Positions 49,246 to 58,139 of a stretch of 64,000 nt of DNA are shown here, piece after piece. A model generated the notes under the pieces. It had not been told where the DNA came from. It saw only the letters and a list, made by a program, of their open reading frames with translations, and did no database searches. Made by a program: the position numbers and the translations under genes. Where the stretch lies: positions 1 through 64,000 of IMG/VR virus record IMGVR_UViG_3300032304_002326; one strand, 5' to 3'. Source of the stretch: a virus. Position 1 is the first letter of the stretch; every line of letters begins with the position of its first letter.

Positions 49246-51000
49246 TTATTTTAATCCGCTAAACAACCATAAAAATTCACCTTTTGGGTCTTGCATATTT
49301 TTAGCAATACTTGAGTTAAAGTTTGGTTTCCCAGTTGTTTGTTTATTTCTTTTATTTTTTGGTACAAAACCAGTACTATAAACTTCATCAGTTGTTTTAT
49401 TTGAAGTTCCAACTTGCCAAGATGATAATATTGCTTTTGTTTGTTTCTCTAATTTTTTTAATTTTTTAAATGAAGATTCCAATATCCATAATGCCATACC
49501 CAATGATATTAAACAATCATCATTGTAACCTTCCATATGGTCAGGTCTACCATTTTTATAGATAAAAGTTTTCATTTCATTAATTACACGTTTAGATTTA
49601 ATCTTTATAGTATTAGTTCTAACTGCAATTTCTAAATGAGATATTAGTTGCAACCTAACACCATTAATGTTAAATCCAGCAACCTTTTTACCATTTTCAG
49701 TTTTAACTGAATCATAGTGCAAGTTTGGGTATTTAATTTCAACTAGTTTTGATGTTGTAGTATTACCAACACCAACATTATCAACTACTAGATATGCTGA
49801 ATATTTTGTGCCATAAACATTAAGTATTTCAGCAAAAGTATCTGGTGGTATTTTACCTTGAAATTCAACAACTTGTTCCATTGTTGTAAAATCAATAATT
49901 TGAAAACAAGAAAAATCGGCACCATCCCCACGAGCAACATCCGCTGCCAATATGTATTGGTGGTCTTCTTCTGGTTCATTCCAAATCCAAACTAAACCAC
50001 TATTCCCATCATAATAAGTGTCATCGATAAATTTTGGTTTCACAACATTTTGGGTATCATGCATATTGATATATTCATCATCAATTACATTACCCCCAGA
50101 ACCAAGGAATGATACATCTAACTCTTGAGAAATTCGCTTTTTATCGTTATTCATACCCTTACACATATCCCTATACCAAGTTGAAGTTGGTTTATAACCT
50201 TTTTTTACCATATCATCAAAAGATTCTAGTGTAAATTCAAATTCAGTTACGATTTCATCACCCTTTAACCATTGTAAATCTTTATTATATCTAGGGTCTT
50301 GATACCATTTTAACTCAATTACATTATAATCATTATCACCTTTTTCAGATTGTTCATATGTTTTATAATATAATGGGTCATAACCATTCGGTGTTGAAAT
50401 TAATATAGCACCACCCCCAGTACCTAAAGATGTAATGGCAGCAGAATATAATTCAGCACCATTTACAATAAAGGCCGCCTCATCAAAAATAAGTAATGTT
50501 GGGGTATATCCACGAAGTGCATCCGTTGATGTTGCCACAGCGATGATTTTACTACCATTTGGTAACTCAATCTCAATTTGTGAATCCTTAATGAATATTG
50601 ATTTTTTTTCTTTTTCTTGAGTACCATAATAATCTGGCCCCCAAACCCATCTTGGTAATTGTGAACAATAATCCTTAATACCTTTAGCAAACTTTTTAGC
50701 CAAGTTTAACTTATTGGCAATAACAATTATTGTTTCTGGGTTTTTTGAATCAGCAAATGCACATTTAACTGCACTGTATGCTTGTGTAGTTGTTGATATA
50801 CCAGCTTGCCTTGGTTTTGTTACTAAATTGAAACGGTGACGTTGATAACAATCAACAATATATTTTTGTCTAACAAATAAATTAAATGGTACAAACCCTT
50901 CTTGAGTTTTATCAAATGTTGATAAATAGCTTTCTATTGCGTACTTTGGGTCAATCACACATTTTGCATATTCATTTAATATTTCACTACTTGTTAACAT
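49246..51000 (-). CDS. Terminase large subunit (T4 gp17-like)
   Basis: KPRQAGIST, LIFDEAAF, ISTPNG, ADVARGDGADFS, YNDDCLISL. Confidence 0.95.
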   Translation of the reverse strand: MLTSSEILNEYAKCVIDPKYAIESYLSTFDKTQEGFVPFNLFVRQKYIVDCYQRHRFNLVTKPRQAGISTTTQAYSAVKCAFADSKNPETIIVIANKLNLAKKFAKGIKDYCSQLPRWVWGPDYYGTQEKEKKSIFIKDSQIEIELPNGSKIIAVATSTDALRGYTPTLLIFDEAAFIVNGAELYSAAITSLGTGGGAILISTPNGYDPLYYKTYEQSEKGDNDYNVIELKWYQDPRYNKDLQWLKGDEIVTEFEFTLESFDDMVKKGYKPTSTWYRDMCKGMNNDKKRISQELDVSFLGSGGNVIDDEYINMHDTQNVVKPKFIDDTYYDGNSGLVWIWNEPEEDHQYILAADVARGDGADFSCFQIIDFTTMEQVVEFQGKIPPDTFAEILNVYGTKYSAYLVVDNVGVGNTTTSKLVEIKYPNLHYDSVKTENGKKVAGFNINGVRLQLISHLEIAVRTNTIKIKSKRVINEMKTFIYKNGRPDHMEGYNDDCLISLGMALWILESSFKKLKKLEKQTKAILSSWQVGTSNKTTDEVYSTGFVPKNKRNKQTTGKPNFNSSIAKNMQDPKGEFLWLFSGLK

Positions 51001-51069
51001 AGTTTTTTATTAATAAATATGTGAAAAGGTACAAAAACAAAAAAGGTGACTTTCGCCACCCCTTTTAAG

Positions 51070-52242
51070 TTAGAATAAATCTTCTATCTCAAATAAATCA
51101 TCACCCATCGATTCATTATATTCATCTTCCTTTATTTCTCGTTTTATTTCCTTCAATAGTTCACCAATCAGTTCTTTACCTCTTTTAGTTCCACCCATAA
51201 TTTCTTTCATTGTGTGTGCATATTCTTTAGGTTCCAATTGAGATATATCTGAATATATATGGTGTTTTAAATTAAAATCTTCTGCTGGTATCATAGAACA
51301 GAATCTACCCCATATTGCTGGACCGATTCTCATGTCCCAAGGTTCAGCTTGTACAAAATCTGATTTATTAATAACGTACTCAGCAATATTCTCTTTAGTT
51401 GGTAAACCATTTGCTGATAATATTTCCATACAACCCTTAACTAACTCATGTAATAATACTGGGAAAACCATTGCTTTTGCAGTTAATGTAGTTGGTTTCT
51501 TTTTTTCTTTTGAACCAAATTCAACTTCACATTTACCAGCATTTTGAGATGCATCTAATTCAGGTGTTACATAATACATGTAATCAGCCGCAGTCATCAT
51601 TTTTTTATAATTATTAATTAACTTAGGATTCATTTCAGTTAATTCTTTGTCAGCTAAATGGTACATATGATTTACTTTTTTAGCTGCACCTTGATTCATT
51701 GCATTTGCAAATCTCCTTTTATACACACTATCATTCGCATATTCCATTTCATTATGGTCATCGAATTCTGTAATTGTATCTGATGGTGGTGTCATATTAG
51801 TATTTTCGGAGTCAATATACGGTGTCAATTCAACATCGATAATCACATTATCTGGTATATCAAATTCTTCCTTAATCATTTTAACAGCCAATTCTTGTAG
51901 TGATTTTCTATGGGCACTTTCAAGTTCCATAGTACCCTTAACTAATGGCATCATTTCCATCATTAAGGACATTGTATCAATTTCATCAACATTAAATGCT
52001 TTCTTAACTTCATTAACAACTTCTTTAAAACGCTCAGAAACAACTTGTGTTGCAAAATTTCTCTCATTGCCAACTGGGAAACAAGGTGAATCTCCTAAAG
52101 ATGTTTTATTATTTAATAAATCCTCTTCAAGTTTCGGATGCATTCTTTCCTTTAAATCTTCTGGGTAAATAAGACTTTCAGCTAGTAAATTTCTTCTTGA
52201 CATACCCAATGCGTGTTGTATTGTACTTTTATAGTTACTCAT
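51070..52242 (-). CDS. Hypothetical protein (head module)
   Basis: 390-aa ORF; FPVLLHELVKG HExxK motif. Confidence 0.6.
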   Translation of the reverse strand: MSNYKSTIQHALGMSRRNLLAESLIYPEDLKERMHPKLEEDLLNNKTSLGDSPCFPVGNERNFATQVVSERFKEVVNEVKKAFNVDEIDTMSLMMEMMPLVKGTMELESAHRKSLQELAVKMIKEEFDIPDNVIIDVELTPYIDSENTNMTPPSDTITEFDDHNEMEYANDSVYKRRFANAMNQGAAKKVNHMYHLADKELTEMNPKLINNYKKMMTAADYMYYVTPELDASQNAGKCEVEFGSKEKKKPTTLTAKAMVFPVLLHELVKGCMEILSANGLPTKENIAEYVINKSDFVQAEPWDMRIGPAIWGRFCSMIPAEDFNLKHHIYSDISQLEPKEYAHTMKEIMGGTKRGKELIGELLKEIKREIKEDEYNESMGDDLFEIEDLF

Positions 52243-52670
52243 TATTTTAAATCTTTAACTTTAATTGTTTTTATAACTTTTCTTTTTCTTTTAATTGATT
52301 CTTCAAGACTATTTAAATCATTTAAAAACTTTTGCTGTTCTTCATAATCATCAGCACCAACCTCAATATCTTGACCAGTTGGAATATCACCAAAATCTTC
52401 ACCACCAGGGTAATCATTTTCACTTAACTTTAAAAATGCACTCATTTCCCCATCTCTAATATCTTTATTTATTTTACCAACTTCTTTATTTAACTTATCA
52501 ACCGCTATTTTAGATTTTTCAATATCTTCAGGTTTTGGTAAATTAACTTTATTGTTATTATTTTGCGTACTTGTAGTATTACTAGTATTTGTTGATGTAG
52601 TATTACTAGTATTTGTGTTAGCCGTTGCATTAGCCACAGCTTCAAGTATTGTACTTTTCTTAATTCTCAT
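52242..52670 (-). CDS. Hypothetical, probable internal head protein
   Basis: MRIKKSTILE|A leader; NTSNTTST x2; several LxE sites. Confidence 0.55.
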   Translation of the reverse strand: MRIKKSTILEAVANATANTNTSNTTSTNTSNTTSTQNNNNKVNLPKPEDIEKSKIAVDKLNKEVGKINKDIRDGEMSAFLKLSENDYPGGEDFGDIPTGQDIEVGADDYEEQQKFLNDLNSLEESIKRKRKVIKTIKVKDLK

Positions 52671-52671
52671 A

Positions 52672-53070
52672 TCATTTAAGTTTTTTATCTTTGTTATATT
52701 CTAAAACTAAATCACGTTCATATAGTTTATCATTAACTTCATTAATATCCAAACCAAATGAAAACCAAAGTCTAGTTTCTGGGTATTCATCATAACCATC
52801 AATATCTTCCCAACCTAAAGCAACTATACCATCAACAGCATCCCAAACAGCAAATGTATCACTATCTTGAACTAAATTAAATTTAATATCAGTAGTTAAT
52901 TTACCAACTTGTTTAACAAATTCAGAATTAGGTGCTTCTGGTCTACCAGATGCTGGAACAGCATCCCAATCCTCACCATCAATACCTTCTATTGTATTCG
53001 AGAAAAGGAACTCATAAATGTGGTACCCTTCCCAATCTTTACCAACTTTATTAATATAAATTAATTTCAT
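52672..53070 (-). CDS. Hypothetical protein
   Basis: 132-aa ORF. Confidence 0.6.
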   Translation of the reverse strand: MKLIYINKVGKDWEGYHIYEFLFSNTIEGIDGEDWDAVPASGRPEAPNSEFVKQVGKLTTDIKFNLVQDSDTFAVWDAVDGIVALGWEDIDGYDEYPETRLWFSFGLDINEVNDKLYERDLVLEYNKDKKLK

Positions 53071-53075
53071 TTATT

Positions 53076-55187
53076 TTACATTTTAGGTTTTGGGCTTTTA
53101 ACTGGTTCAGCTTCCCAAATTCTTTCTCTTCTTCTAGAAGGTTTAACTGGTGTTTCAGGTAAAACAACTGGTTCTTTAACTGGATTATCAGGAATAGTAA
53201 TAGGTCCAAGTGTATTTGTATCTTCCATTTCTCTTAATTTTTGAATTATAGGATTATTATTTGCAAATATACTACTATTTTTTGAATTATCAAAAGATTC
53301 ATTATTTTTTTTACCCCATTTTTCACCTTTACCTTTTGTACCACATGCTGATGGTGTTGGTCTACATGCTGGATAAGCTCTATCTTCACCTTCTTTTCTT
53401 CCACAAGGTTTACATTTTTTTCTACCAGTTTCTGAGTCTTTTCTACATGTATTACAGTCAACCCAACCTTGTGATTTACCTTCACCACCCTGTCTTTCAA
53501 ACCAACCATGTAACCCTTTTTCTTTTTCTTTTGAAAAATCTGTTTTTTTAGCTTCAGAAACATCAATATTTTCATCAGTTTTATTTCCCCAATTTTTAGC
53601 ACCAACTTTTCTACATTTTACTAACGCACCTGATGCATAGGCACTTGGCCAAACGTCATATCTACTTTTTACTTTATGGTAACAAGCGTCTTTTTTCTTT
53701 TTTTTTTCACCTTCAGCAACCATTTTAGATACTGGAGTTCTAGACCACATTTTACATGACCAATATTTTGGTGTAGTTCTATCTTTTGCTTGAGAACATT
53801 TATGTCTTGCTCTAAATGATTTTCTTCTTTTTGGGTCATCTCTTTTTATTTCCATATTAGGGTCACCAAAATTAACCTTAACAACATTTCCTTTTTTGTT
53901 TTTAACGTAAACTTTGAATTTTTTAACATCACCCTTAGTTGGTTTACCCAATTTAACAGTTTTACCCTTATATTCAGCTTCATTAATACCACTACCAATA
54001 AATAATTGTGCAATATCACTTTCTGGTGATTCAACCGAACCGTGAACATCTTCATATCCAGTTTCAGTTTCACCATCATAACCCATCTGTCCAGTTAAAA
54101 AATGATAAACTTCTTCAATATCATCTTTGGCAGTTGCTGCTAAATTTGAAATCCATTCACCATGATTTGAAATCTCACCATCAACCATACTAACATCCAT
54201 ATTTAATATTTCATGTGTTGCATGTTGTAATGTTTTTAAATTTTGAAAAAACATGTAATTATTTGATTCAGATTCTTCAGTCATTCTTTCTTTACCTTCA
54301 AAATAATGATATATATGTTCAACATCATTAGTTGATGTTGCAACATGGTCTAAAGCCCAACCATGGCCATCACTTAATATACTATTAATTTGATTTGAAT
54401 CCATTTCTAATAACTCACAAGCATCTTCGTACATTGAATATATGTCATTAAAAAACATTTCATTTCTAATACCTTGTTCATGGTTATCATGATTTTCATA
54501 AACTTCAATATCATCACCGAATTGACCATCACTTAATAAATCATCAGATTCCCACATTTGATTTTCAGCCCCTGGTGCAAACCCTGGGTCAGATGCAAAT
54601 TTTGGGTCTGGTTCATACAACTTATCATTTTCAGCTAATTCACCATCAGAATCCATATCTAATTCAGTATTATCTGATTTTGGTTCTTCTTCATCACTAG
54701 AAGAATCAGTATCTACGTTAACGTCAACGTTAACATCTTTACCTTTATCACCAGAATTTTTAATTTTTTTAATTATATCTTTTTGGTCTTCTTCATCCAT
54801 TTCACCAGTGTGTGTTGCTGAAATAACTGAATTAATTGCGAATTTTTCCAAATCAAAATCAGGTTGACCTTTATCTTCACTATATTTTCTAAGTGTAGTT
54901 CCTAATTTACCAGCAAGTTGCTGTATGTATTTTTCTGGGTCCTCATCTTCATCAGCTTCAACACCAGCATCAAAAGGAGTATCATTAAATGGTTTATCAC
55001 CTGATGGCTCAGCTTCAGGAGCCTCAGCATCACCACCCATATCTAAATCAATATTTTCACCACCAGTTTCGGTAGGTGTAGAAACATCTAAAGCTGGCGT
55101 ACTAGGTGCAGCCAGCTTTATTTTATATTTTACTTCTTCTTCTAGATTGTATCCATCCTCTTCATCAGCGAAAAGACCAGTAGACAT
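53076..55187 (-). CDS. Modular acidic/basic protein, probable processed internal head polyprotein
   Basis: Acidic N-half with two related NxMFFxxL...HVAT..DD/VE.VYH.F modules; three basic Cys-containing modules separated by xxE sites; frame is open upstream into the A10 run at 55214-55223. Confidence 0.6.
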   Translation of the reverse strand: MSTGLFADEEDGYNLEEEVKYKIKLAAPSTPALDVSTPTETGGENIDLDMGGDAEAPEAEPSGDKPFNDTPFDAGVEADEDEDPEKYIQQLAGKLGTTLRKYSEDKGQPDFDLEKFAINSVISATHTGEMDEEDQKDIIKKIKNSGDKGKDVNVDVNVDTDSSSDEEEPKSDNTELDMDSDGELAENDKLYEPDPKFASDPGFAPGAENQMWESDDLLSDGQFGDDIEVYENHDNHEQGIRNEMFFNDIYSMYEDACELLEMDSNQINSILSDGHGWALDHVATSTNDVEHIYHYFEGKERMTEESESNNYMFFQNLKTLQHATHEILNMDVSMVDGEISNHGEWISNLAATAKDDIEEVYHFLTGQMGYDGETETGYEDVHGSVESPESDIAQLFIGSGINEAEYKGKTVKLGKPTKGDVKKFKVYVKNKKGNVVKVNFGDPNMEIKRDDPKRRKSFRARHKCSQAKDRTTPKYWSCKMWSRTPVSKMVAEGEKKKKKDACYHKVKSRYDVWPSAYASGALVKCRKVGAKNWGNKTDENIDVSEAKKTDFSKEKEKGLHGWFERQGGEGKSQGWVDCNTCRKDSETGRKKCKPCGRKEGEDRAYPACRPTPSACGTKGKGEKWGKKNNESFDNSKNSSIFANNNPIIQKLREMEDTNTLGPITIPDNPVKEPVVLPETPVKPSRRRERIWEAEPVKSPKPKM

Positions 55188-55207
55188 TCCATCTAATTTA
55201 GTTTCAA

Positions 55208-55978
55208 TTAATCTTTTTTTTTTAAAGTGTTTAACAACGCCGTTTTTTCAGATTCAGTTAATGAATTTAATAAGTCATTTACCTTATCATTAACATCTTC
55301 ACCAATAATTGAATCCATTTTTTCCATTGCTCTTTTGATACTAAACCCTTTTTTAGATTCAGTAACTTGATTAGCATCTGTTTCTTCATGTGATGGTGCT
55401 TCTGGCATTTCTTCATCACCAGTAATCATTTCATCAATAGCCATTTCGTTTTCAGATAATTTAACTTTTTCAAACTCACTATCAACGTTTTTGTCAGCAA
55501 CATTGTCACCAAATTGACTTTCATCTTTACCTTCTTTAGAATCATAAGTTAATTTTTCACCAGCTTTATCTAAAATATCTTTAGATGCTTCATTTTCAGA
55601 TAATAAATTATCATTTGAAAATGTATTAAAATTACCTTCTTTACCATAAGCCTCATTTAAACTCATGAATTTTAAGTTTAATTGTTTGATAGCTTTAGCG
55701 TATGTAGGATAAGCTTCAGATGTCTTGTTCATTAAACCACCAATATAATTGAAATCTTCAGTTACAATATTTGATTGCTTATTAGTTACTTTGATAAAGT
55801 AATTATGACCTTCTCTAACTATACCATAAACCTTACCATCAGGTCCTAATTTAGTTAACTCAACAACAGAATTTTTAACATCTTCATTTAATGAAGTTGC
55901 CCCCATTAATTCTCTCATTCTATTAAGTTTTTCATTTCCTTTTAACCCTGTAGGTTTAACTATAAATTGATTCTTCAT
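55208..55978 (-). CDS. Hypothetical head-module protein ending at a slippery A10 run
   Basis: Ends TTA AAA AAA AAA GAT TAA; many LxE sites. Confidence 0.6.
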   Translation of the reverse strand: MKNQFIVKPTGLKGNEKLNRMRELMGATSLNEDVKNSVVELTKLGPDGKVYGIVREGHNYFIKVTNKQSNIVTEDFNYIGGLMNKTSEAYPTYAKAIKQLNLKFMSLNEAYGKEGNFNTFSNDNLLSENEASKDILDKAGEKLTYDSKEGKDESQFGDNVADKNVDSEFEKVKLSENEMAIDEMITGDEEMPEAPSHEETDANQVTESKKGFSIKRAMEKMDSIIGEDVNDKVNDLLNSLTESEKTALLNTLKKKD

Positions 55979-56004
55979 TTTATATTATTTTTTTCTTTTT
56001 TATA

Positions 56005-56262
56005 TTATAAACTAATTGACCCTAAATTAGGGCTACCAAAGTATACATCAGATTTATTACCAAGTAAATAAACCGTATCATTAGTCGCAGCACTAATGCT
56101 ATCAATTTTAATATTTAAAATTGAAGTTGCCACTAAATTAACATTAACACCATTAATTATTGCTGCTGTATTAGCAAATGTGTAAACTGATGAATATGTT
56201 TCATCAGTAAAATTAGCGTCTTGCCATGCCCTAATTATTGAAAACGTATCTCTACTAATCAT
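56005..56262 (-). CDS. Small hypothetical virion protein
   Basis: 85-aa ORF after TATTTAT (56282-56288). Confidence 0.55.
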   Translation of the reverse strand: MISRDTFSIIRAWQDANFTDETYSSVYTFANTAAIINGVNVNLVATSILNIKIDSISAATNDTVYLLGNKSDVYFGSPNLGSISL

Positions 56263-56322
56263 ATTTTTAGCTATTTTATTAATAAATATGAAGAAATAAT
56301 AAAAAAGATACTTTTACCAAAT

Positions 56323-56352
56323 AAAAATGGGACCTAACTAAGTCCCATTTAT
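56323..56352 (-). terminator. Intrinsic terminator
   Basis: aaatgggac-ctaactaa-gtcccattt. Confidence 0.7.
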
Positions 56353-56366
56353 TTTTTTTTATAATT

Positions 56367-57191
56367 TTAATTTATCCGTTTTAAAACATCAGTTAATCTC
56401 GTATACATTTCAATAGCAACTGGTGCTGAAAGTAAAGATATTAAGAAGTTATTTATGTAAGAGTATACAATAATTACAGCACCAATTGTAATGTTCGGTG
56501 TAGTAAGTACTAATAATATTATGGCTATGAATAAAAATATATTTTTTATAATTCCAATAGTAAACCAATTCTTACCTTGTATTGTAGAATTATATATAGT
56601 TAATTGCCCTAGACGCTTAAAAAATGATACCGAATAATCATACCCACGTTCTATTGAATTAGCTTTATTTTCATTGTGGTCATTTCTAACCCTAATACAT
56701 TGTTGTATTTTTTTATAATAAAGCATAGCTGCTAAAATAATTAAAACCATAGCAATTGTTACTAAAACACCAACCTTCCAATTTTCTGAATAAATGAATC
56801 CTATTGACCCTAGTATAGTTACTATAGTCCCTATGTAATAATGCACATAACCTTCAAGTACACCAACTATTTCATATGCCATATCCGTTCTTGCAATTTT
56901 AGTCGATGCATCAAGATTTTTGTTTTTAAGTAATTTAAATACAATCCCATTGTAAATTTTAGTATATACTTTAGTGTCATATACCATTCTTTTATAATTA
57001 AAAAATACAGATAAAAAATATGAAAGACCTAATAACACTAACCAATGCCAGGTACCCAACATCAATCCATCAATACTTTTACCTAGAAGAAATGGTGTTG
57101 CAAGTATCGATAACTCAGTAAACAACATAAAAAAATAAATCCATAACAATTCACATTTGTGTTGTTTGAATATTTCATAAATTTTATTCAT
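56367..57191 (-). CDS. ABC-exporter-type six-transmembrane domain protein without ATPase
   Basis: Six hydrophobic segments; ATPFLLGKSIDG, YDTKVYTKIY, ITIGAVIIVYSY. Confidence 0.65.
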   Translation of the reverse strand: MNKIYEIFKQHKCELLWIYFFMLFTELSILATPFLLGKSIDGLMLGTWHWLVLLGLSYFLSVFFNYKRMVYDTKVYTKIYNGIVFKLLKNKNLDASTKIARTDMAYEIVGVLEGYVHYYIGTIVTILGSIGFIYSENWKVGVLVTIAMVLIILAAMLYYKKIQQCIRVRNDHNENKANSIERGYDYSVSFFKRLGQLTIYNSTIQGKNWFTIGIIKNIFLFIAIILLVLTTPNITIGAVIIVYSYINNFLISLLSAPVAIEMYTRLTDVLKRIN

Positions 57192-57615
57192 TTGTTGGAT
57201 TAAAGTAATTATTAATTTTAGTAATTAAATTATTTAATTTTGATTCTTTAAATTCACCGTCAACATTAAATTCATAAGTGATTGATTCCATATCATCGAT
57301 AATCGATTGTTGTTTCAATATCAATTCTTCTTTTTTAAGTTTATTGATTTCTTCTTCAATAACTTTAGCATCAACAGTTTCACCTTTTTCAAATGAATAT
57401 GGTTTTATGTGTGAATTTAAAATTGCACCTTGACTTTCAGCAGTTTCAAATCTTAAATAATCGGATGCTGATACATCCAAATAGGTATATTGTACACCAC
57501 GTTTAAATGTAATTGTTAATCTTTTACTTTCTTTATCATACTTTGATGATAAAATGTTTGATGAATCATACGTTGACTCAATCAAATTTTCTTTTTGTGT
57601 TCTTTTTAATAACAT
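57184..57615 (-). CDS. KTSC-domain protein
   Basis: SSNILSSKYD...LTITFKRGVQYTYLDV...AESQGAILNSHIK. Confidence 0.8.
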   Translation of the reverse strand: MLLKRTQKENLIESTYDSSNILSSKYDKESKRLTITFKRGVQYTYLDVSASDYLRFETAESQGAILNSHIKPYSFEKGETVDAKVIEEEINKLKKEELILKQQSIIDDMESITYEFNVDGEFKESKLNNLITKINNYFNPTNE

Positions 57616-57625
57616 AATTTATTTT

Positions 57626-57823
57626 TTATTGTTCCCTTATATAAAAGGTTATTGATTTTAATAGTTTTGAATAATCACCCTTATCATAATCACCAGATTC
57701 ACCAATCTCCAAATATGGATTTGATTCAAAATTTTCTTGTTTAATATTGTCACCATATTTTTCTCGAATCATTTCCATAATTTCTTCGAACGGTATTTCA
57801 ATCTCTCTAACTATTTTAGCCAT
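57626..57823 (-). CDS. Small hypothetical protein
   Basis: 65-aa ORF in operon. Confidence 0.5.
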   Translation of the reverse strand: MAKIVREIEIPFEEIMEMIREKYGDNIKQENFESNPYLEIGESGDYDKGDYSKLLKSITFYIREQ

Positions 57824-57824
57824 T

Positions 57825-58028
57825 TTATTTTGTTTTATATGATTTTATTTCTGATAAATTAAAAACTGTATTAATTGATGATTCATCATTCCCGTAATTT
57901 TTTTTTTCAATAATAATTAAGTAATTACCTGTTAGTAAAATACTTGCATTTTCAAACTTAACATTAATAATTGAATTAGTTTCTTTTTTTAATATTTCTA
58001 TTGTTTTGAAAATTGGTAAATTGACCAT
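57825..58028 (-). CDS. Small hypothetical protein
   Basis: 67-aa ORF; TATATTTG upstream on minus strand. Confidence 0.5.
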   Translation of the reverse strand: MVNLPIFKTIEILKKETNSIINVKFENASILLTGNYLIIIEKKNYGNDESSINTVFNLSEIKSYKTK

Positions 58029-58139
58029 AATATATTTTTTATTATTTACTTGAAGGCAAATATAGTGATATTTATTTAAAAAAACAACAGTTGTTTTTTA
58101 TAAAAAAAATAAGTAATTTTACTAAAAACATTTTGCTAT

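Noticed and set aside
49246-51000. Intein in the terminase, or inactivation suggested by GIST in Walker A
   Set aside because: No intein blocks and normal length; all other ATPase and nuclease motifs are intact.
53698-53707. A10 run as a frameshift site
   Set aside because: Lies within an in-frame poly-Lys stretch and is not needed to explain the ORF.
42378-55293. Opposite-strand and alternate-frame ORFs over scaffold, portal, terminase and neighbours (also 1839..2051, 25089..25514, 31092..31499, 39341..39541)
   Set aside because: Shadow ORFs of well-supported genes; low complexity and no motifs.
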